DNA from: an uncultured Methanoregulaceae archaeon
GTDB taxonomy: Archaea > Halobacteriota > Methanomicrobia > Methanomicrobiales > Methanospirillaceae
NCBI GenBank assembly: GCA_963717525.1
Contig: OY970343.1
Location: forward strand, 1,248,001-1,312,000
Reading direction: 5' to 3'
Length of the DNA: 64,000 nucleotides
Shown here: piece after piece, positions 1-12,085 of the stretch
How positions within the stretch are numbered: the stretch's first letter is position 1
Layout: every line of letters starts with the position of its first letter
Position numbers and translations under genes: made by a program
Notes under the pieces: generated by a model
Databases searched by the model: none
The model's input: only the letters and a program-made list of their open reading frames with translations
What the model was told of the DNA's origin: nothing

Positions 1-560
1 AACACACCCCGCTGATTCCCTCATCCATGCCCACAGCGGTTCCGGCCCCTCCAAAAAAACCCTCGAACAAGAAAAAGATCCTGCTGGCTGCTGGCATCAT
101 CGTCGTCATCCTCATCGCTGCGGTAGCAGCTTTCGTTATCCTGCCAAAGATGGGGTTATTGGGGGCTCACGGTTCCGGTGTATCCGTAGTCGCTGCCACA
201 ACAACCACCATTCCGGTCACCACACCAGCATCAGGCACCAGTACAACTCCCGCAATCGCTATTGTAGCGACAACTCCGCCGAACATCCCATCGACCGGCA
301 TCGCCATCAGTGTCAGCTACATTGGGGGTTTCAACGGCTCCTATAGTATCGGTGGGGTGACCACAACCATAACGCCCAATTCAGGAACCCAGATGTATCA
401 GGTGGGGAACGCCACCGGATCCTTGACAGCAGTATTCCAGAAGAAGGATAACACCGCCACCCACCCGCTGACTGTGAACATATACGATAATGGCAAAGAG
501 CTCGCTTCCAATGTTACGAGCGCGGCCTATGGAAAAGTCACGGTCACTGCATCCGTGTAA
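1..560 (+). CDS. Membrane-anchored hypothetical protein (single TM helix, Thr/Pro-rich linker, small beta domain); probably 5'-partial
   Basis: ORF 27..560 has no in-frame stop back to the window edge; KKK followed by a hydrophobic TM segment; stop TAA at 560. Confidence 0.6.
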   Translation, partial: HTPLIPSSMPTAVPAPPKKPSNKKKILLAAGIIVVILIAAVAAFVILPKMGLLGAHGSGVSVVAATTTTIPVTTPASGTSTTPAIAIVATTPPNIPSTGIAISVSYIGGFNGSYSIGGVTTTITPNSGTQMYQVGNATGSLTAVFQKKDNTATHPLTVNIYDNGKELASNVTSAAYGKVTVTASV

Positions 561-634
561 TCGGCTCATTTTCCTCTTTTTCCACGTACAACTGTGAATA
601 TATTCGTGATCAAAGTAGTTGATGTGAACAGACC

Positions 635-1238
635 ATGACAGACGCCACCAAGCCCCCGGTTCCCGATGGGGCAAAGGATCTTGAGAAACAGGGAATTGCC
701 ATCATGATCAGCACCCTGCACAACAATGCAGAACCAGCCATCAGGAGATATGCGGCCTACCTGCTCGGTAATGCGAGGACCCCCCAGGCTATCAGACCCT
801 TAATCGAAGCGCTCGGGGATCTGGACAAATCAGTACGGGAGCAGGCCATGCTCGCGCTCGTAGCCACAGGGAAAGCCGCAATTGAACCTCTTTCCGCCGC
901 AATGAAAGACCCCAGATGGGAGACGCGATACCGGGCAGCGGAAGCCCTCGGGAAACTCGCCGATGAGAAAGCCGTAAAGCCTCTTATCCAGGGGCTCCAG
1001 GACAGCCGCGATCATGTACGGGTACATGGCAGCAAAAGGATTGACCGGTCTTGGAGATTCAGAGGCAATCGATCCACTGATCATTCTCTTAAAGGATGAA
1101 AATCCGGTAGTGCGGATGATGACCACGAAAGCGCTCTCCGCGATTGGAGGAAAAAAGGTTCAGTCTGCAATCAAGGATGCCCTTGCCCACGAAACAAATG
1201 AGGGGGTCCGGGAAGCGATGAACGCGGCGTTACACTAA
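635..1238 (+). CDS. HEAT/PBS-lyase repeat protein (split by +1 frameshift near 1020)
   Basis: Repeated 'VR..AA.ALG.L.D..A..PLI..L.D' units continue from ORF 635..1099 into ORF 1014..1238; extra G in CGGG at ~1020. Confidence 0.85.
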
Positions 1239-1459
1239 GTATGCAGGTTGTATTTCTCCCAAATCCAGCCGCAATCCGGGCCCGGCGCTTCCTGAAGTAT
1301 GTTCCCGCGGCAACAGAATTACGACAAGGAAAAAAAACCTTTTTTGACGGCTTTTCCGGGCATGAAAGATCAATTACGTATCCTTTATCACATCTGATAG
1401 GCGATTCACTAGTTAACACAAGTCAGAATAACCATATCCATAGTTCGTGGTGATACCGC

Positions 1460-3608
1460 GTGGGGAACAAAGATCCAGCTCCCGGAAATAACCGTTCTTT
1501 CTCCCGTTCACTCCTTATCACTATGATTATCCTGCTCATCTTTCTCGTCAGCCTTATGACGCTGTACGATTATTTCAACCTCAAAAGCAGCATAGACAAT
1601 GAATTTGCGAACCTTCAGAATCAGACCGAGGAAAGCATTACCGCGGCATTACGGCTGGATGATTCGGCCACTACTGTTCTGGATGACCAGCTCAACCAGC
1701 AGATGTTAAATGGCTTTGGCGTGCTCTTTGCCGCATACAACCGATCTGGCGAGAATCCGGCGGATATGAATCTCACCAAGATACAGATGACTTTGGGAGA
1801 GGGGTACGACATCTATATTATCAACGAGTCCGGCGTTATTGTCTATACCACCTACCCCCTGGAACAAGGAGAGAATTTTCAGAGCATTCCCTATTTTTAT
1901 GCATACCTGACCAACGTCAGGCTCTCGCAGGGCTTCTTTCCCGATCGCGTGGTAAGGGAGATTCCGGACGGAAGATTCATGAAGTATGCCTACGAGCCTA
2001 CGCCGGATCATCAGTACATCATGGAACTGGGATACTCTCCACCCGCATTCAACACCACCTACCTCATCCTCAATGACCGGGATGACATTGCAAGGTTTGT
2101 GTCATTCAATCCCTATATCACTCAGTACCGGGTCTTTGACACGACGGGACATAGTACCGATGATGACAGCCTGCCGGACAACGTCACTGAGGCAAATCTT
2201 AAACAGGTGATTGCAAGCCGGGCAGACCATGGAGATCGATGACCCTGCAAATCACACGGAAACCCGGTACCTGTTTGTCGATCTGAAAAATCCCCGGTAC
2301 GGTTCCGATATGAGCAGGATCGTGGTACTCACGTATGATACCGGGCGGGTCCAGGCTGATCTTGACCGTCTGGTGTACGTCCACCTCCTCTTTGGGGGCG
2401 GTGCCCTTCTGATCGGGTGTATCCTTGCCTATGGGCTGTCCCGCAGGATGACCCGCCCGATAGAGAATATTGCCCATGATGCGGATATTATCGCAAGCGG
2501 CAATTTCGAACATCGCATAGGAACAACAGATGCTCTCGAATTTAGAATCCTTGAAAAAAGCATCAATATGATGGTGGATTCACTCAAATCCGCAACCAAG
2601 AGACTCGACGATGAGGAAATATTCCACAGAGACCTTATCGATCAGATGCCGGTGGGGATCTTTCTGAAAAAAACAGATGACGGAACCTATGTCTTCTGGA
2701 ACCAAGCAAGTGAGAAGATCTTTGAACGGCCGGCAAATGACGTCATAGGAAAGAGAGATGAAGAAATCTTCCCGCCCGCCATGGCGGCGCAGATTAAAAA
2801 AGAGGACAACGATGCGCTTGCGTCCCGGGTGGAGATTAAATATAAGAAGATCACGTCCAGAACACTCGGAGACCGTGTTATCCACATGATCATCGTCCCG
2901 ATCTTTGACTCAAAGAGATGTGTGAGATACATGCTCGGTATCGCGGACGATGTAACCGATGAGGCGACCACCCTGAAACGGGATCTGATTTTCAGCATAA
3001 CCCGTAGTGATATTCTCGATCAGCTTGCCATCATCATGACCTACCTTGAACGTGCCCAGCTTAAAACCACGCATGAAGAGATGCAGATGTTCTTTGACAA
3101 GACCATCGGCTCGGTTGAGTCTATCAAGAACCAGATTGCGTACGAACGGGCCTTGCAGAACCCCGGGGTCATCACGCCCCGTTGGCAGTCTGTGAATCAG
3201 GCATTTGCAGAAGCGATCCAGATGCTTCCGGAACATACTGTCGATATCAGTACCGGTGTAGGGAAGATCGAGATCTTTGCTGATCCCTTACTCCCCAGAA
3301 TCTTTTTCAGCCTTCTGTCCCTCTCATTCCGGCATGGCGGGTCAGCACTTTCCAGGATCCGGATGACTGCCATCCAGAGCAACGAGTCACTCATCCTGAC
3401 CTACGAAGACGATAGCACAGGCATTCCCACCGGCGAGAAAGAGCGGATCTTCGAATTCGGGTACAGCCACGAAAATATAGTCAGCCTCTTTTTAATCCGC
3501 GAGCTTCTTGGCTTTACCGGTATTGCCATAGCTGAAACAGGAGAGCCCGGGCACGGTGTGCGTTTTGAAATGGTGGTACCAAAAGGGAGATTCAGAGAGA
3601 TAAAATAA
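1460..3608 (+). CDS. Membrane sensor: 2 TM + extracellular domain, HAMP, PAS, degenerate HisKA/HATPase (frameshift ~2220)
   Basis: ORFs 1460..2242 and 2211..3608 join; HAMP (TRPIENI...EFRIL), PAS (WNQASEKIF), kinase-like C-terminus with eroded motifs. Confidence 0.8.
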
Positions 3609-3914
3609 CAAGAGCCAGAGGATCGTAGCTTTTTCCGGCACCAGCGAAAGGATTCAGTTACCGGAAAATCATAGGACAAAAGACGGGATAGATGATCTAT
3701 TTTGCCTCAACTCTGAACACCCGGGGATGGTTAGTAAAAAGGGGTTCCGGTGGGGATAATTCAAGCACGGTTTTTCAAGCCAGATCGGGGCACTTCATCA
3801 CTTCATGCACCAGCCCCGGACTGAGATCGAAATAAAAAAGACTATTGAAGCCAGAGAGTTAAAAGCCTTCACTCCTGTGCTCCGAAGTACAGAACCAACG
3901 AGATGGCGAAAAAT

Positions 3915-5903
3915 TTACCTGATCTTCGTCCCCGGTTCAACCGGTTTCTCAGAAATCAGGAGAGATGCTCTGTCCCCGGCCGCAAGGATCATGCCGTTGC
4001 TTTCCACACCGAAGATTTTTGCCGGTGCAAGGTTTGTCAAAACGACAACATCTTTTCCCACCAGCTCTTCTGGATTATAGAATTGCGCAATGCCACTCAC
4101 AATCTGCCGGATCTCCCCGCCGATATCCACCCTGAGTTTCAGGAGCTTGCTCGATTTGGGGATTGCTTCGGCGGCAATTACTTTCCCGGTCTTCATCTCA
4201 ACCTTACTGAAATCCTCGATCGAAATCGACGGTATTTTCTCCATCTTTTTATTCGCCTCCGCAACACGCCGCTGGAGGACAGCGTCCAGCTCTGCGATCT
4301 GTTCCTCCTCAAGCCGGCCAAACAACGGAGTCGGGGCTGAAAGTTCCCGCTCAGGGACCGGGCGGGTCGCCTCATCCACCCTGTGGGCTGCAACGAGGTC
4401 AGGGTATCCCAGTTGCGCCCAGCAGTCCTGTGCTTTTACCGGCATCACCGGCTCTATCATGAGGGTAAGGGATTTCACGATCTGGACGCTGTTTTTAATT
4501 ACCTGAGCCGCTGCAGCACGGTCGGTTTTGATCAGTTTCCACGGTGCGTTTGTCTGGATATACGTATTCCCGAAAGCAGCAAGGGCCATGATGGTATCGA
4601 CCGCGCCCTTGAACTCGTACTCTTTCATCTGGTTGTCCACACTCGCGAGGCACGTTTCGATTTCAGCAGTTATAGCTGGATCGATAACGCCAGCGGGCAC
4701 GCCCCCAAATTCCTTATGCGCAAAAAAGAGCGTGCGGTACACGAAGTTTCCCAGGATATTAACGACCTCGTTGTTGATCCGCTCGCCAAAGACCTTCCAC
4801 GAGAAGTTGAGTTCCTTGGTATGGCTTGTGTAGGCAAGGAGGTAGTACCGAAGGTAATCAGCGGAAAGACCCTTGTCGAGGTAATCTTCATTGGTCCAGA
4901 CAACATACCCCCGGGACTTCGAGAATTTGTGGTCATCCACTTTGACCATCCCGCTTGCGACAACCGCGTAGGGTTCACCGTACCCGGCGCCTTTCAGGAG
5001 GGCCGGCCAGAAGATGCAGTGGTGGTAGATGATATCCCCGCCGATGAAATGTGTGACCCGGTTATCCTTGCACCAGTACCGCTTCCAGTCTTTGCCGGTC
5101 TTTGCTGCCCACTCTTCGGTGAATGCAATGTAGCCGATCGGTGCGTCGACCCAGACATACACCACAAGGTCGTCGCGGCCGGGAAATTTCACGCCCCACT
5201 CAAGCGTGCGGGTTATGCACCAGTCGTGCAACTCGTCTTTTATCCACCCGATCGCATAGTTCTTCGCGTTGCTGGTTCCCCGTAACCGGTCAAGAAACGG
5301 CAGGAGATAATCCTTAAACGCGGAGAGTCGGAAAAAATAATGTTCCTGGTCCCGGAACTCGGCCTTTGTCCCGCAGACCTTGCAGACCGGGTCCTTGATC
5401 TCACCCGGTTCAAGGTGCTTGCCGCAGCCCTGGTCACATTCGTCCCCCCGGGCCTGCTTGCCGCAGTAGGGACAGGTGCCTTCCACGTACCGGTCAGGCA
5501 GGAACCTCCTGCACTTCGGGCAGTATGCCTGATGAACAACCTGCTTGTAGACATACCCGTTTTTTTCCAGCCTCCCGACGATCTCCCGGGTCCGGTGGTG
5601 ATTTGCCGGGTCGTCGGTCATACCGAAATGATCGAAATTGACCCCGATCCGCTTGAACGTCTCATCGAAGTGCCGGTGGTACTGCTCGGAGAGTGCCCGG
5701 GGTGATATCCCCCGCTCTTCGGCAGAGACCACGATGGGCGTCCCGTGATTATCCGAGCCTGATACAAAGACGACCACTTCACCCGTCCGCCGCATGTAGC
5801 GGACGTAACAGTCGGCAGGGACGTACGTGCGCAGATGCCCGAGATGGCAGGGTCCGTTCGTGTAGGGGAGCCCGCAGGTAACCAGCAGCGGTGGTTGAGT
5901 CAT
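3915..5903 (-). CDS. metG: Methionyl-tRNA synthetase with C-terminal tRNA-binding (Trbp111-like) domain
   Basis: [11 protein letters not shown] (HIGH-type), Zn knuckles, [15 protein letters not shown] (KMSKS-type), C-terminal [15 protein letters not shown]. Confidence 0.98.
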   Translation of the reverse strand: MTQPPLLVTCGLPYTNGPCHLGHLRTYVPADCYVRYMRRTGEVVVFVSGSDNHGTPIVVSAEERGISPRALSEQYHRHFDETFKRIGVNFDHFGMTDDPANHHRTREIVGRLEKNGYVYKQVVHQAYCPKCRRFLPDRYVEGTCPYCGKQARGDECDQGCGKHLEPGEIKDPVCKVCGTKAEFRDQEHYFFRLSAFKDYLLPFLDRLRGTSNAKNYAIGWIKDELHDWCITRTLEWGVKFPGRDDLVVYVWVDAPIGYIAFTEEWAAKTGKDWKRYWCKDNRVTHFIGGDIIYHHCIFWPALLKGAGYGEPYAVVASGMVKVDDHKFSKSRGYVVWTNEDYLDKGLSADYLRYYLLAYTSHTKELNFSWKVFGERINNEVVNILGNFVYRTLFFAHKEFGGVPAGVIDPAITAEIETCLASVDNQMKEYEFKGAVDTIMALAAFGNTYIQTNAPWKLIKTDRAAAAQVIKNSVQIVKSLTLMIEPVMPVKAQDCWAQLGYPDLVAAHRVDEATRPVPERELSAPTPLFGRLEEEQIAELDAVLQRRVAEANKKMEKIPSISIEDFSKVEMKTGKVIAAEAIPKSSKLLKLRVDIGGEIRQIVSGIAQFYNPEELVGKDVVVLTNLAPAKIFGVESNGMILAAGDRASLLISEKPVEPGTKIR

Positions 5904-5945
5904 TCAGGTACTTTTTAGCATGCGATAGGTAATAATTCATGTACC

Positions 5946-6743
5946 ATGCCAAAGATCGTGCCGCTCGCAACACGGGCGCTTGGCGGTGAACCGGGTATAC
6001 CGGATCTCGCCACGCTCGCCGCCTGGGTCGCGGATCACCGGGGAACTGCGGCCGACCTCACTGCGTATAGGCTCGACGTGTCACTTGCCCCGGAGCTTTC
6101 TGCCGGTATCATGTTCCCCTGCGCAGGCGGCCTTTTCTGCCGTGATCGTATCCGCGAAAGTCTCGCCGGTCTGAATCCGGACAGGGATATGGTGGTCGGG
6201 GATATTCACGTGGATGCTGGAGCATTGGTTGAGGATGCCACCCTTCTCGCCGCACAGAAAAGAGAGGTCTGGTGCGCACTCCCGGCTCCCCACACACTGG
6301 GGATCAGGGATCGGTATTATGGTGACGAAGACGAATGGTGCGACGCGATCATTGCAGCCTACCGCACCCTGATGCGGGCGATGCGGGACGCGGGAATCGG
6401 GGGACATGTTCTCATCGGAGATACGGTTGATGAGCGGGAGATATCAATACTTGCAGGAAAAAAGGTATTCTTTTTTGCACCGGCCCCGGCACAAACCGAC
6501 CTCGTCCTTCTTATGGAATACCAGCGTCAGGTGGCAGTGAGCAAATCCATGTTAGGGCGGGCAATAGAACTCGCAAACGAATATGAGATTCAGCGGTGGA
6601 TCATTATGGATCCTGACAAAGAGGGGATCCGGCTCATATTATCGCACTTCGACCCGGACCAGGTGATTGCCGGGGGATATTGTACGGGTGAGGACGACAC
6701 CTACTGGAAAAAACTCGAGGACCGTGCGGTGTATGTGAAGTAA
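5946..6743 (+). CDS. Hypothetical protein, possibly degenerate MetE/URO-D-like barrel
   Basis: 265-aa ORF divergent from metG; segment WCALPAPHTL..DRYYGDEDE...YRTLMRAMRDAGI resembles the MetE C-terminal barrel. Confidence 0.55.
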   Translation: MPKIVPLATRALGGEPGIPDLATLAAWVADHRGTAADLTAYRLDVSLAPELSAGIMFPCAGGLFCRDRIRESLAGLNPDRDMVVGDIHVDAGALVEDATLLAAQKREVWCALPAPHTLGIRDRYYGDEDEWCDAIIAAYRTLMRAMRDAGIGGHVLIGDTVDEREISILAGKKVFFFAPAPAQTDLVLLMEYQRQVAVSKSMLGRAIELANEYEIQRWIIMDPDKEGIRLILSHFDPDQVIAGGYCTGEDDTYWKKLEDRAVYVK

Positions 6744-7077
6744 CCCCGCGATACAAGGTTCAGGCATCGGGTGGGTCTTCATACGATCCATTAAAGATAT
6801 CAATAGTTTTTCGTATCTTTCATTGGCATGTATCCTTGCTGAAACCGGCAGAAAGATACCGCCCTTATGATGCACATGCAATCATCGATGGTAAAATACC
6901 GGATGATTCCGGGATGGCTTACCCGATCCGGATTACCAGATGATCCCGTTGCATCACAACCAGTGGAGCAAACATTAATAACAAGAAATAAAAGGAATGG
7001 TACAAAGGAGAGAGGAAGTAAATGAAGCGCGTCTGTCTCATTTCATCCCCGGGAAAAAAGGCATCGGATGATTCAGC

Positions 7078-8666
7078 ATGAAAGAAAAAACGGCAATCTG
7101 GCTATTTCTTATCCTTATTTCAGGTATATTTCTCATCAGCCCGGTCCTGGGGGCGATACCCGTGGCATCGTTTATATCAAATGCATCTTCGGGAAATGTC
7201 CCGCTCACTGTGCAGTTTATGGATTCCTCCCTGAATACGCCTACCTCGTGGACATGGTTGTTCGGTGATGGTGGGATCTCCTCACTCCAGAACCCGGCGC
7301 ATATCTACACGACTCCCGGCACCTATACAGTGACACTGATTGCATCAAACTCAGCGGGCAGCAATACCGCCACCTACCAGGGATACATCACCGCAACCAA
7401 GGCAGCCTCCGTACCGATCGTCTCGTTTGTGACTAATGTCACCTCGGGATCCCCCCACTCTCTGTCCAGTTCCTGGACACCTCAACCAACTCACCGAGTT
7501 CCTGGGTCTGGTCCTTCGGGGATGGGGGAACCTCGGCAAGCCCCAACCCGGTACACACCTATACGACTCAGGGGTCGTACGCGGTCACCCTCACCGCCAC
7601 GAACTCTGCAGGTAGTAACACCTCCTCGGTGAGCAATTTTATCACAATAAACCAAGTGACGGTCGTCCCGATGGCGCTCTTCAAGACAACAGTGACGTCG
7701 GGATACGAACCTTTGACCGTCCAGTTCGTGGACTCCTCGACCAACTCACCGAACTCCTGGGTCTGGTCTTTTGGGGACGGCGGGACATCCACACTTCAGA
7801 ACCCGGCGCATACCTATGCTGCGGCAGGTTCCTATACGGTTACCCTCACTGTATCCAATGCCATGGGCAGCAACACGGTATCCCAGCCGGGGTATATCAC
7901 GGTAAATGCTGCAATCCCCGTTGCATCCTTTATCGCCAACGTCACTTCGGGTATTAACCCCCTGGGCGTCCAGTTCACCGATACCTCCAACAACACTCCG
8001 ACCGGGTGGTACTGGACTTTTGGGGATGGCGGGACATCCACACTCCAGAATCCGACGCATACATTCACCAGCGTCGGATCCTACGCCATCTCTCTTGGAG
8101 CCACGAACACTGCAGGCAGTAATACGACCACCATGCCGGCATTTATCACGGTATCAAATGCTGCATCTCCGCCCTCAAGCTCCTTTATCTCTGATATCCA
8201 ATCGGGAAAAGCCCCGCTGACCGTCCAGTTTCAGGATACCTCAGGGAATTCCCCGACGACCTGGCAGTGGTTCTTTGGAGACGGCGCCCAGAGCACCGAC
8301 CAGAACCCGATACATACGTATATGGAGAGCGGCACTTACACGGTCAGCCTGACCACCACAAACTCTGGCGGCGAGAACACTACGACCATGCAGGGATACA
8401 TCACCGTTGCTTCACCCCTTGTAAACGCGATTCCGACACTTGCTGCCCAAACAACTACCCCGGCACAGGTAATAACGACGGCAGAGCAAACGCAGGTGCC
8501 CGCCGCAGCAGCAAACACTTCCTCTCCGGCATCAACCGGGGCCTCCCCCTCATGGACGTTGCCCCTTATCGGTATCGTGATCCTGGTACTCGTAGTCATT
8601 GCCCTTGTCCTTCATCGCGGAGGACGCTCCGGTGGCAGGAGAAGGTCGGGACGCGGGGAACTCTGA
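7078..8666 (+). CDS. Surface protein with signal peptide, 5 PKD domains, Thr/Ala linker and C-terminal TM anchor (frameshift ~7455)
   Basis: Five PLTVQF.D.S...P..W.W.FGDG..S..QNP.H.Y...G.Y.V.L repeats across ORFs 7078..7632 and 7629..8666; missing C in a C run. Confidence 0.92.
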
Positions 8667-8749
8667 GGGACTGCTGTCCACAGGTTTCCCATGCTTCTTT
8701 GAAAATGACTGAAGGATAAAAAAAGACTAACGGGAAAAAGCTTCCTCGT

Positions 8750-10243
8750 TTATGCCATTTTCTCCCGGCCGATACATTCGAAATCGATAAAGCCGTTGTA
8801 GGGGTCGGTTTTTAAAAGGCGGACCCTCACTTTCTGGCCGACATGGAGGTTTTGTTCTCCCTTCACCACCCGGCCTTCAGCCGGCGGTACAAGAAGCCTG
8901 ACATAAGTCCCCTTGTCCGCGGCACCGGTCACAAGTGCTTCGAAAGTCTTGCCGATACTGTCTTCGAGCAGCATGGCAGCAACGGATTTTCGCATGAACC
9001 GTTTGACCTTCTTTGACGCTTTCTCCCGGTCTGTCAGCCACATAGCTCGATCAGAGAGGTCTGCTGATGAATAAGGGCCGGGGTTCGCCATCAGGATCGC
9101 TTTTGCCTGGCGCTGGTTGATGATATCTACATAGCGCCGGTTCGGTGCTGTCGCATGGGTGTAATCGATGACCGCGAGGGCAAAATGACCAGTTGGCGTG
9201 GCACCCGGTTCAAGCATCATGTACTCGCCGGGCCCCATCAGTTTTATCACGGCGAGGGACAGGTCGGGGAAATGGAGAGGATCTGCAGCTTTCTCCTTCA
9301 TGAGGAACTTTGCAAGCGCTTTCGCATCCGGGTTCTCCGGCAGCGTCTCACCGAGGGTGGCTGCGGCGAGGATGATGCCGGCCCAGTTCCTCGGGGTCTT
9401 TACGACTCTCTGGATCATCGGCACACCGGCAGCACCCAGCCGGGCGACCATTGTCCCGTTTGCTGCAACCATGAACTCCTCGATCAGGGCCCGGGCCGGG
9501 TTCGGTGTCAGGGCCACAAGCCCCCTGACCTCGCCATTTTCGATGACCACTTCAGGCTCTACTGTATCAAACTCGAGTGCTCCCTGATCCCTGCGGTATT
9601 TCCGGAGAAGTTGCGCTGCGTCGTTCTGGAGGTGGAGCTGCTCTTCGAGCCCATGGACCTCCTCAATACCCTTCGGGATGGGTCCCGTCCCCTCCAACCA
9701 TTCTCCTACCTCCTCATACACGAGTTTTGCCTTGTTGCGGACCAGCGCCCGGTGCACTTCACCGGGAGTGAAACTACCGTCGTGTTGGATCAGAAACTCA
9801 ATGATAATGGCCAACCGGTCTTTCCCCTGCAGGAGTGAGGTGATCCCGTGGGAGAGTCGATCGGGCAGCATGGGAAAGGTGATGACACCGGTGTAGACCG
9901 ATGTCCCGTTGTGGGCCGCATACTCATCAGTGGCAGACTGCTTTTGTACATAGGAGTCGACGTCTGCTATGGCAACCTGTACCCGTATCGTACCATCAGG
10001 CATACGCTCGCAGTATTCCAGCTGGTCGAGATCCTGAGAATCGTGGTTGTCGATTGATGACCACAAGAGTGCCCGGAGGTCGCGCGTATCCTTGGGTAGA
10101 TCAACAAAGGTCCGCTCCTGCATCGCGTTAACCTCATCCATTACCTGTGGGGGAAACCGTGGTTCAAAACCGTATTTTTCCATCGCATGCCATGCGATGG
10201 TTCTGAGATCGATATCGGGTGGATGCGGCCGGTGATCTTTCAT
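8750..10243 (-). CDS. RNB-domain exoribonuclease (RNase II/R family, short form)
   Basis: SIDNHDSQDLDQ catalytic loop, VAIADV, LIEEFMVAAN, YTHATAPNRRYVD, C-terminal S1-like region. Confidence 0.92.
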   Translation of the reverse strand: MKDHRPHPPDIDLRTIAWHAMEKYGFEPRFPPQVMDEVNAMQERTFVDLPKDTRDLRALLWSSIDNHDSQDLDQLEYCERMPDGTIRVQVAIADVDSYVQKQSATDEYAAHNGTSVYTGVITFPMLPDRLSHGITSLLQGKDRLAIIIEFLIQHDGSFTPGEVHRALVRNKAKLVYEEVGEWLEGTGPIPKGIEEVHGLEEQLHLQNDAAQLLRKYRRDQGALEFDTVEPEVVIENGEVRGLVALTPNPARALIEEFMVAANGTMVARLGAAGVPMIQRVVKTPRNWAGIILAAATLGETLPENPDAKALAKFLMKEKAADPLHFPDLSLAVIKLMGPGEYMMLEPGATPTGHFALAVIDYTHATAPNRRYVDIINQRQAKAILMANPGPYSSADLSDRAMWLTDREKASKKVKRFMRKSVAAMLLEDSIGKTFEALVTGAADKGTYVRLLVPPAEGRVVKGEQNLHVGQKVRVRLLKTDPYNGFIDFECIGREKMA

Positions 10244-10394
10244 GTCTATCGAGTGTTGTTCTCGCTGAATGCATAAATATCTCTTGAATGACCCGTTTCC
10301 GGGGGTTACCGGCTGCGGGTGTCGTAAAAAGAGATCAATCGCACCTATGTCATGAGGGATAGTGTGGGTGGAGATGCTTTTTAGAAGGAGGATT

Positions 10395-11063
10395 TTAAGA
10401 TGATGGGGTAACCTCGATACTCTCGCCGGGCTGGAGAATCTTTACCGTGAGATCCGTTGTCCGTTCGATGGCTGTTTTGAACGCCAGCGGATCTGCCGCG
10501 ATACGATCCCAGGTATTGTAGTGGATCGGCACCACGATCTTCGCTCCCACAAACTGTGCGGCCATCATGGCCTCCCTGGTACCCATCGTGTACCTCCCGC
10601 CTATGGGAAGGAGGGCGATATCGGGATGGTAAAGCTCGCCGATCAGTTTCATGTCAGAAAAGAGGGCAGTATCCCCTGCATGGTACACGCACGCACCATC
10701 CATCCTGACCACAAACCCTGCGGCCATGCCCGTAGTTCCTCCCGCGGCCGAATCATCAATCCGTGAAGAATGCAGCGCCGGGGTCATAGTGATCGTAACA
10801 CCGTCAAGGGAGAGAGTCCCGCCAATATTCATCCCTTCGGCAGGGACACCTTTAGTCTCAAGGTAGTGAGCGATCTCTCCCGTAGAAACCGTCGGTTTTT
10901 TGAGCGCAGTTGTCTCGCCCAGATGATCGGAGTGACCGTGAGTGACCATGACGAGGTCAGGGTCTGTACGGGCAAGACTTCCATCCGGGATGAACGGGTC
11001 TATCAGGACTTTTTTAGTACCGGTGAGCAGGACGCAGGCATGGCCAAGCCAGGTAAGTTGCAT
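10395..11063 (-). CDS. Metallo-beta-lactamase-fold metal-dependent hydrolase (UPF0173)
   Basis: MQLTWLGHA start, THGHSDH, HSS, YHAGDT, LPIGG.YTM, PIHYNTW. Confidence 0.92.
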   Translation of the reverse strand: MQLTWLGHACVLLTGTKKVLIDPFIPDGSLARTDPDLVMVTHGHSDHLGETTALKKPTVSTGEIAHYLETKGVPAEGMNIGGTLSLDGVTITMTPALHSSRIDDSAAGGTTGMAAGFVVRMDGACVYHAGDTALFSDMKLIGELYHPDIALLPIGGRYTMGTREAMMAAQFVGAKIVVPIHYNTWDRIAADPLAFKTAIERTTDLTVKILQPGESIEVTPSS

Positions 11064-11190
11064 ATATGCTGGTATGGGTTGTACTGGGATGAACATTATT
11101 GTAAAGACCGGGTGCGCCGGAGGTAAAACCTGTTATGGCGCCTGCCGTTAATCGTAAAAAAAGGATGTTTGTGATGTGGGAAGAGAGCCG

Positions 11191-11799
11191 TTATGTCACA
11201 TCGATCAGTTCGGCTTCGGTTATATCGATGGATTCACCCAAGCTGTCTGCCGTGGCGCTCCGGGTCATCTGCTCGGAAAGATCACGGTCCTCCATCACAT
11301 CCCGGATCCGGTGGATGTACGGATCGATGGTGGGGTCTTCCTGTTCTTCAATCACATGCCGGTATTCCCGAAGTGTTGACGGGCTGACCCCGAGTTCGTC
11401 AGAGACCTCCTTCATCGTCTTTCCCGACGCGACCAGTTCTTCCATCTTTGCCTTGTCAAACGGCATCCTGAAATCAAGATCCCTGAAGAGCTTGAGCCTG
11501 ACCCGGGCCCGGGCGACGGTCTTACTCAGTTTCTCATCGCCGAGCTCGCGGGCGATCTCAGTGTCGTTCTTACCTGCATAAAACGAGGTGACAAGCTTTG
11601 CAAGCTGGATCGGTTTGAGCGACGTCTTAAATATCCCCTGCTCGATGATCTCCCGCATGACCAGCGCGACTTCGCGTTCAATCGCATCGCTATCCCTGAG
11701 GGTGCCATGAATGTTTTTCATCGGCTCGACAATCTTTGTCTTGCCCGACATGGTGCTGAAGAGTTCCAGCAGCTGTGTTTTTCGTTTGTCTTCCGTCAT
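11191..11799 (-). CDS. Conserved hypothetical HTH-containing protein
   Basis: Two HTH-like motifs (NDTEIARELG..KTVARAR; TMKEVSDELGVSPSTLREY). Confidence 0.7.
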   Translation of the reverse strand: MTEDKRKTQLLELFSTMSGKTKIVEPMKNIHGTLRDSDAIEREVALVMREIIEQGIFKTSLKPIQLAKLVTSFYAGKNDTEIARELGDEKLSKTVARARVRLKLFRDLDFRMPFDKAKMEELVASGKTMKEVSDELGVSPSTLREYRHVIEEQEDPTIDPYIHRIRDVMEDRDLSEQMTRSATADSLGESIDITEAELIDVT

Positions 11800-12085
11800 T
11801 GCATACCCCGTCTTGGGATTAGGATATACAATACTTCGTCAACTATTTAATGCTATCTTTACTGTTCTTTTGACCAAAAACCTTTTATTTAAGTCTGGAT
11901 CGAATTTCTGCAGCCCACCGGATTTAAAGGAAAAAACGATTTTGGGTAACATATTCTGTATACGTGGTTGTCCCGCATCATGTAACAATAGAGGAACCAT
12001 TCCGGATGGTCCCGGTACCCGGACGCGAGCCTTTTTGTCGGGAGTCGTGCAACTGTATAAGAGATAATAGTACCAGGTATCCTGC

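Noticed and set aside
3743..3896. Two further degenerate 75-80-bp element copies
   Set aside because: Only one convincing end (TACAGAACC); partner arms are too weak
7160..8410. Tandem ~250-bp DNA repeats
   Set aside because: Explained by PKD domain repeats
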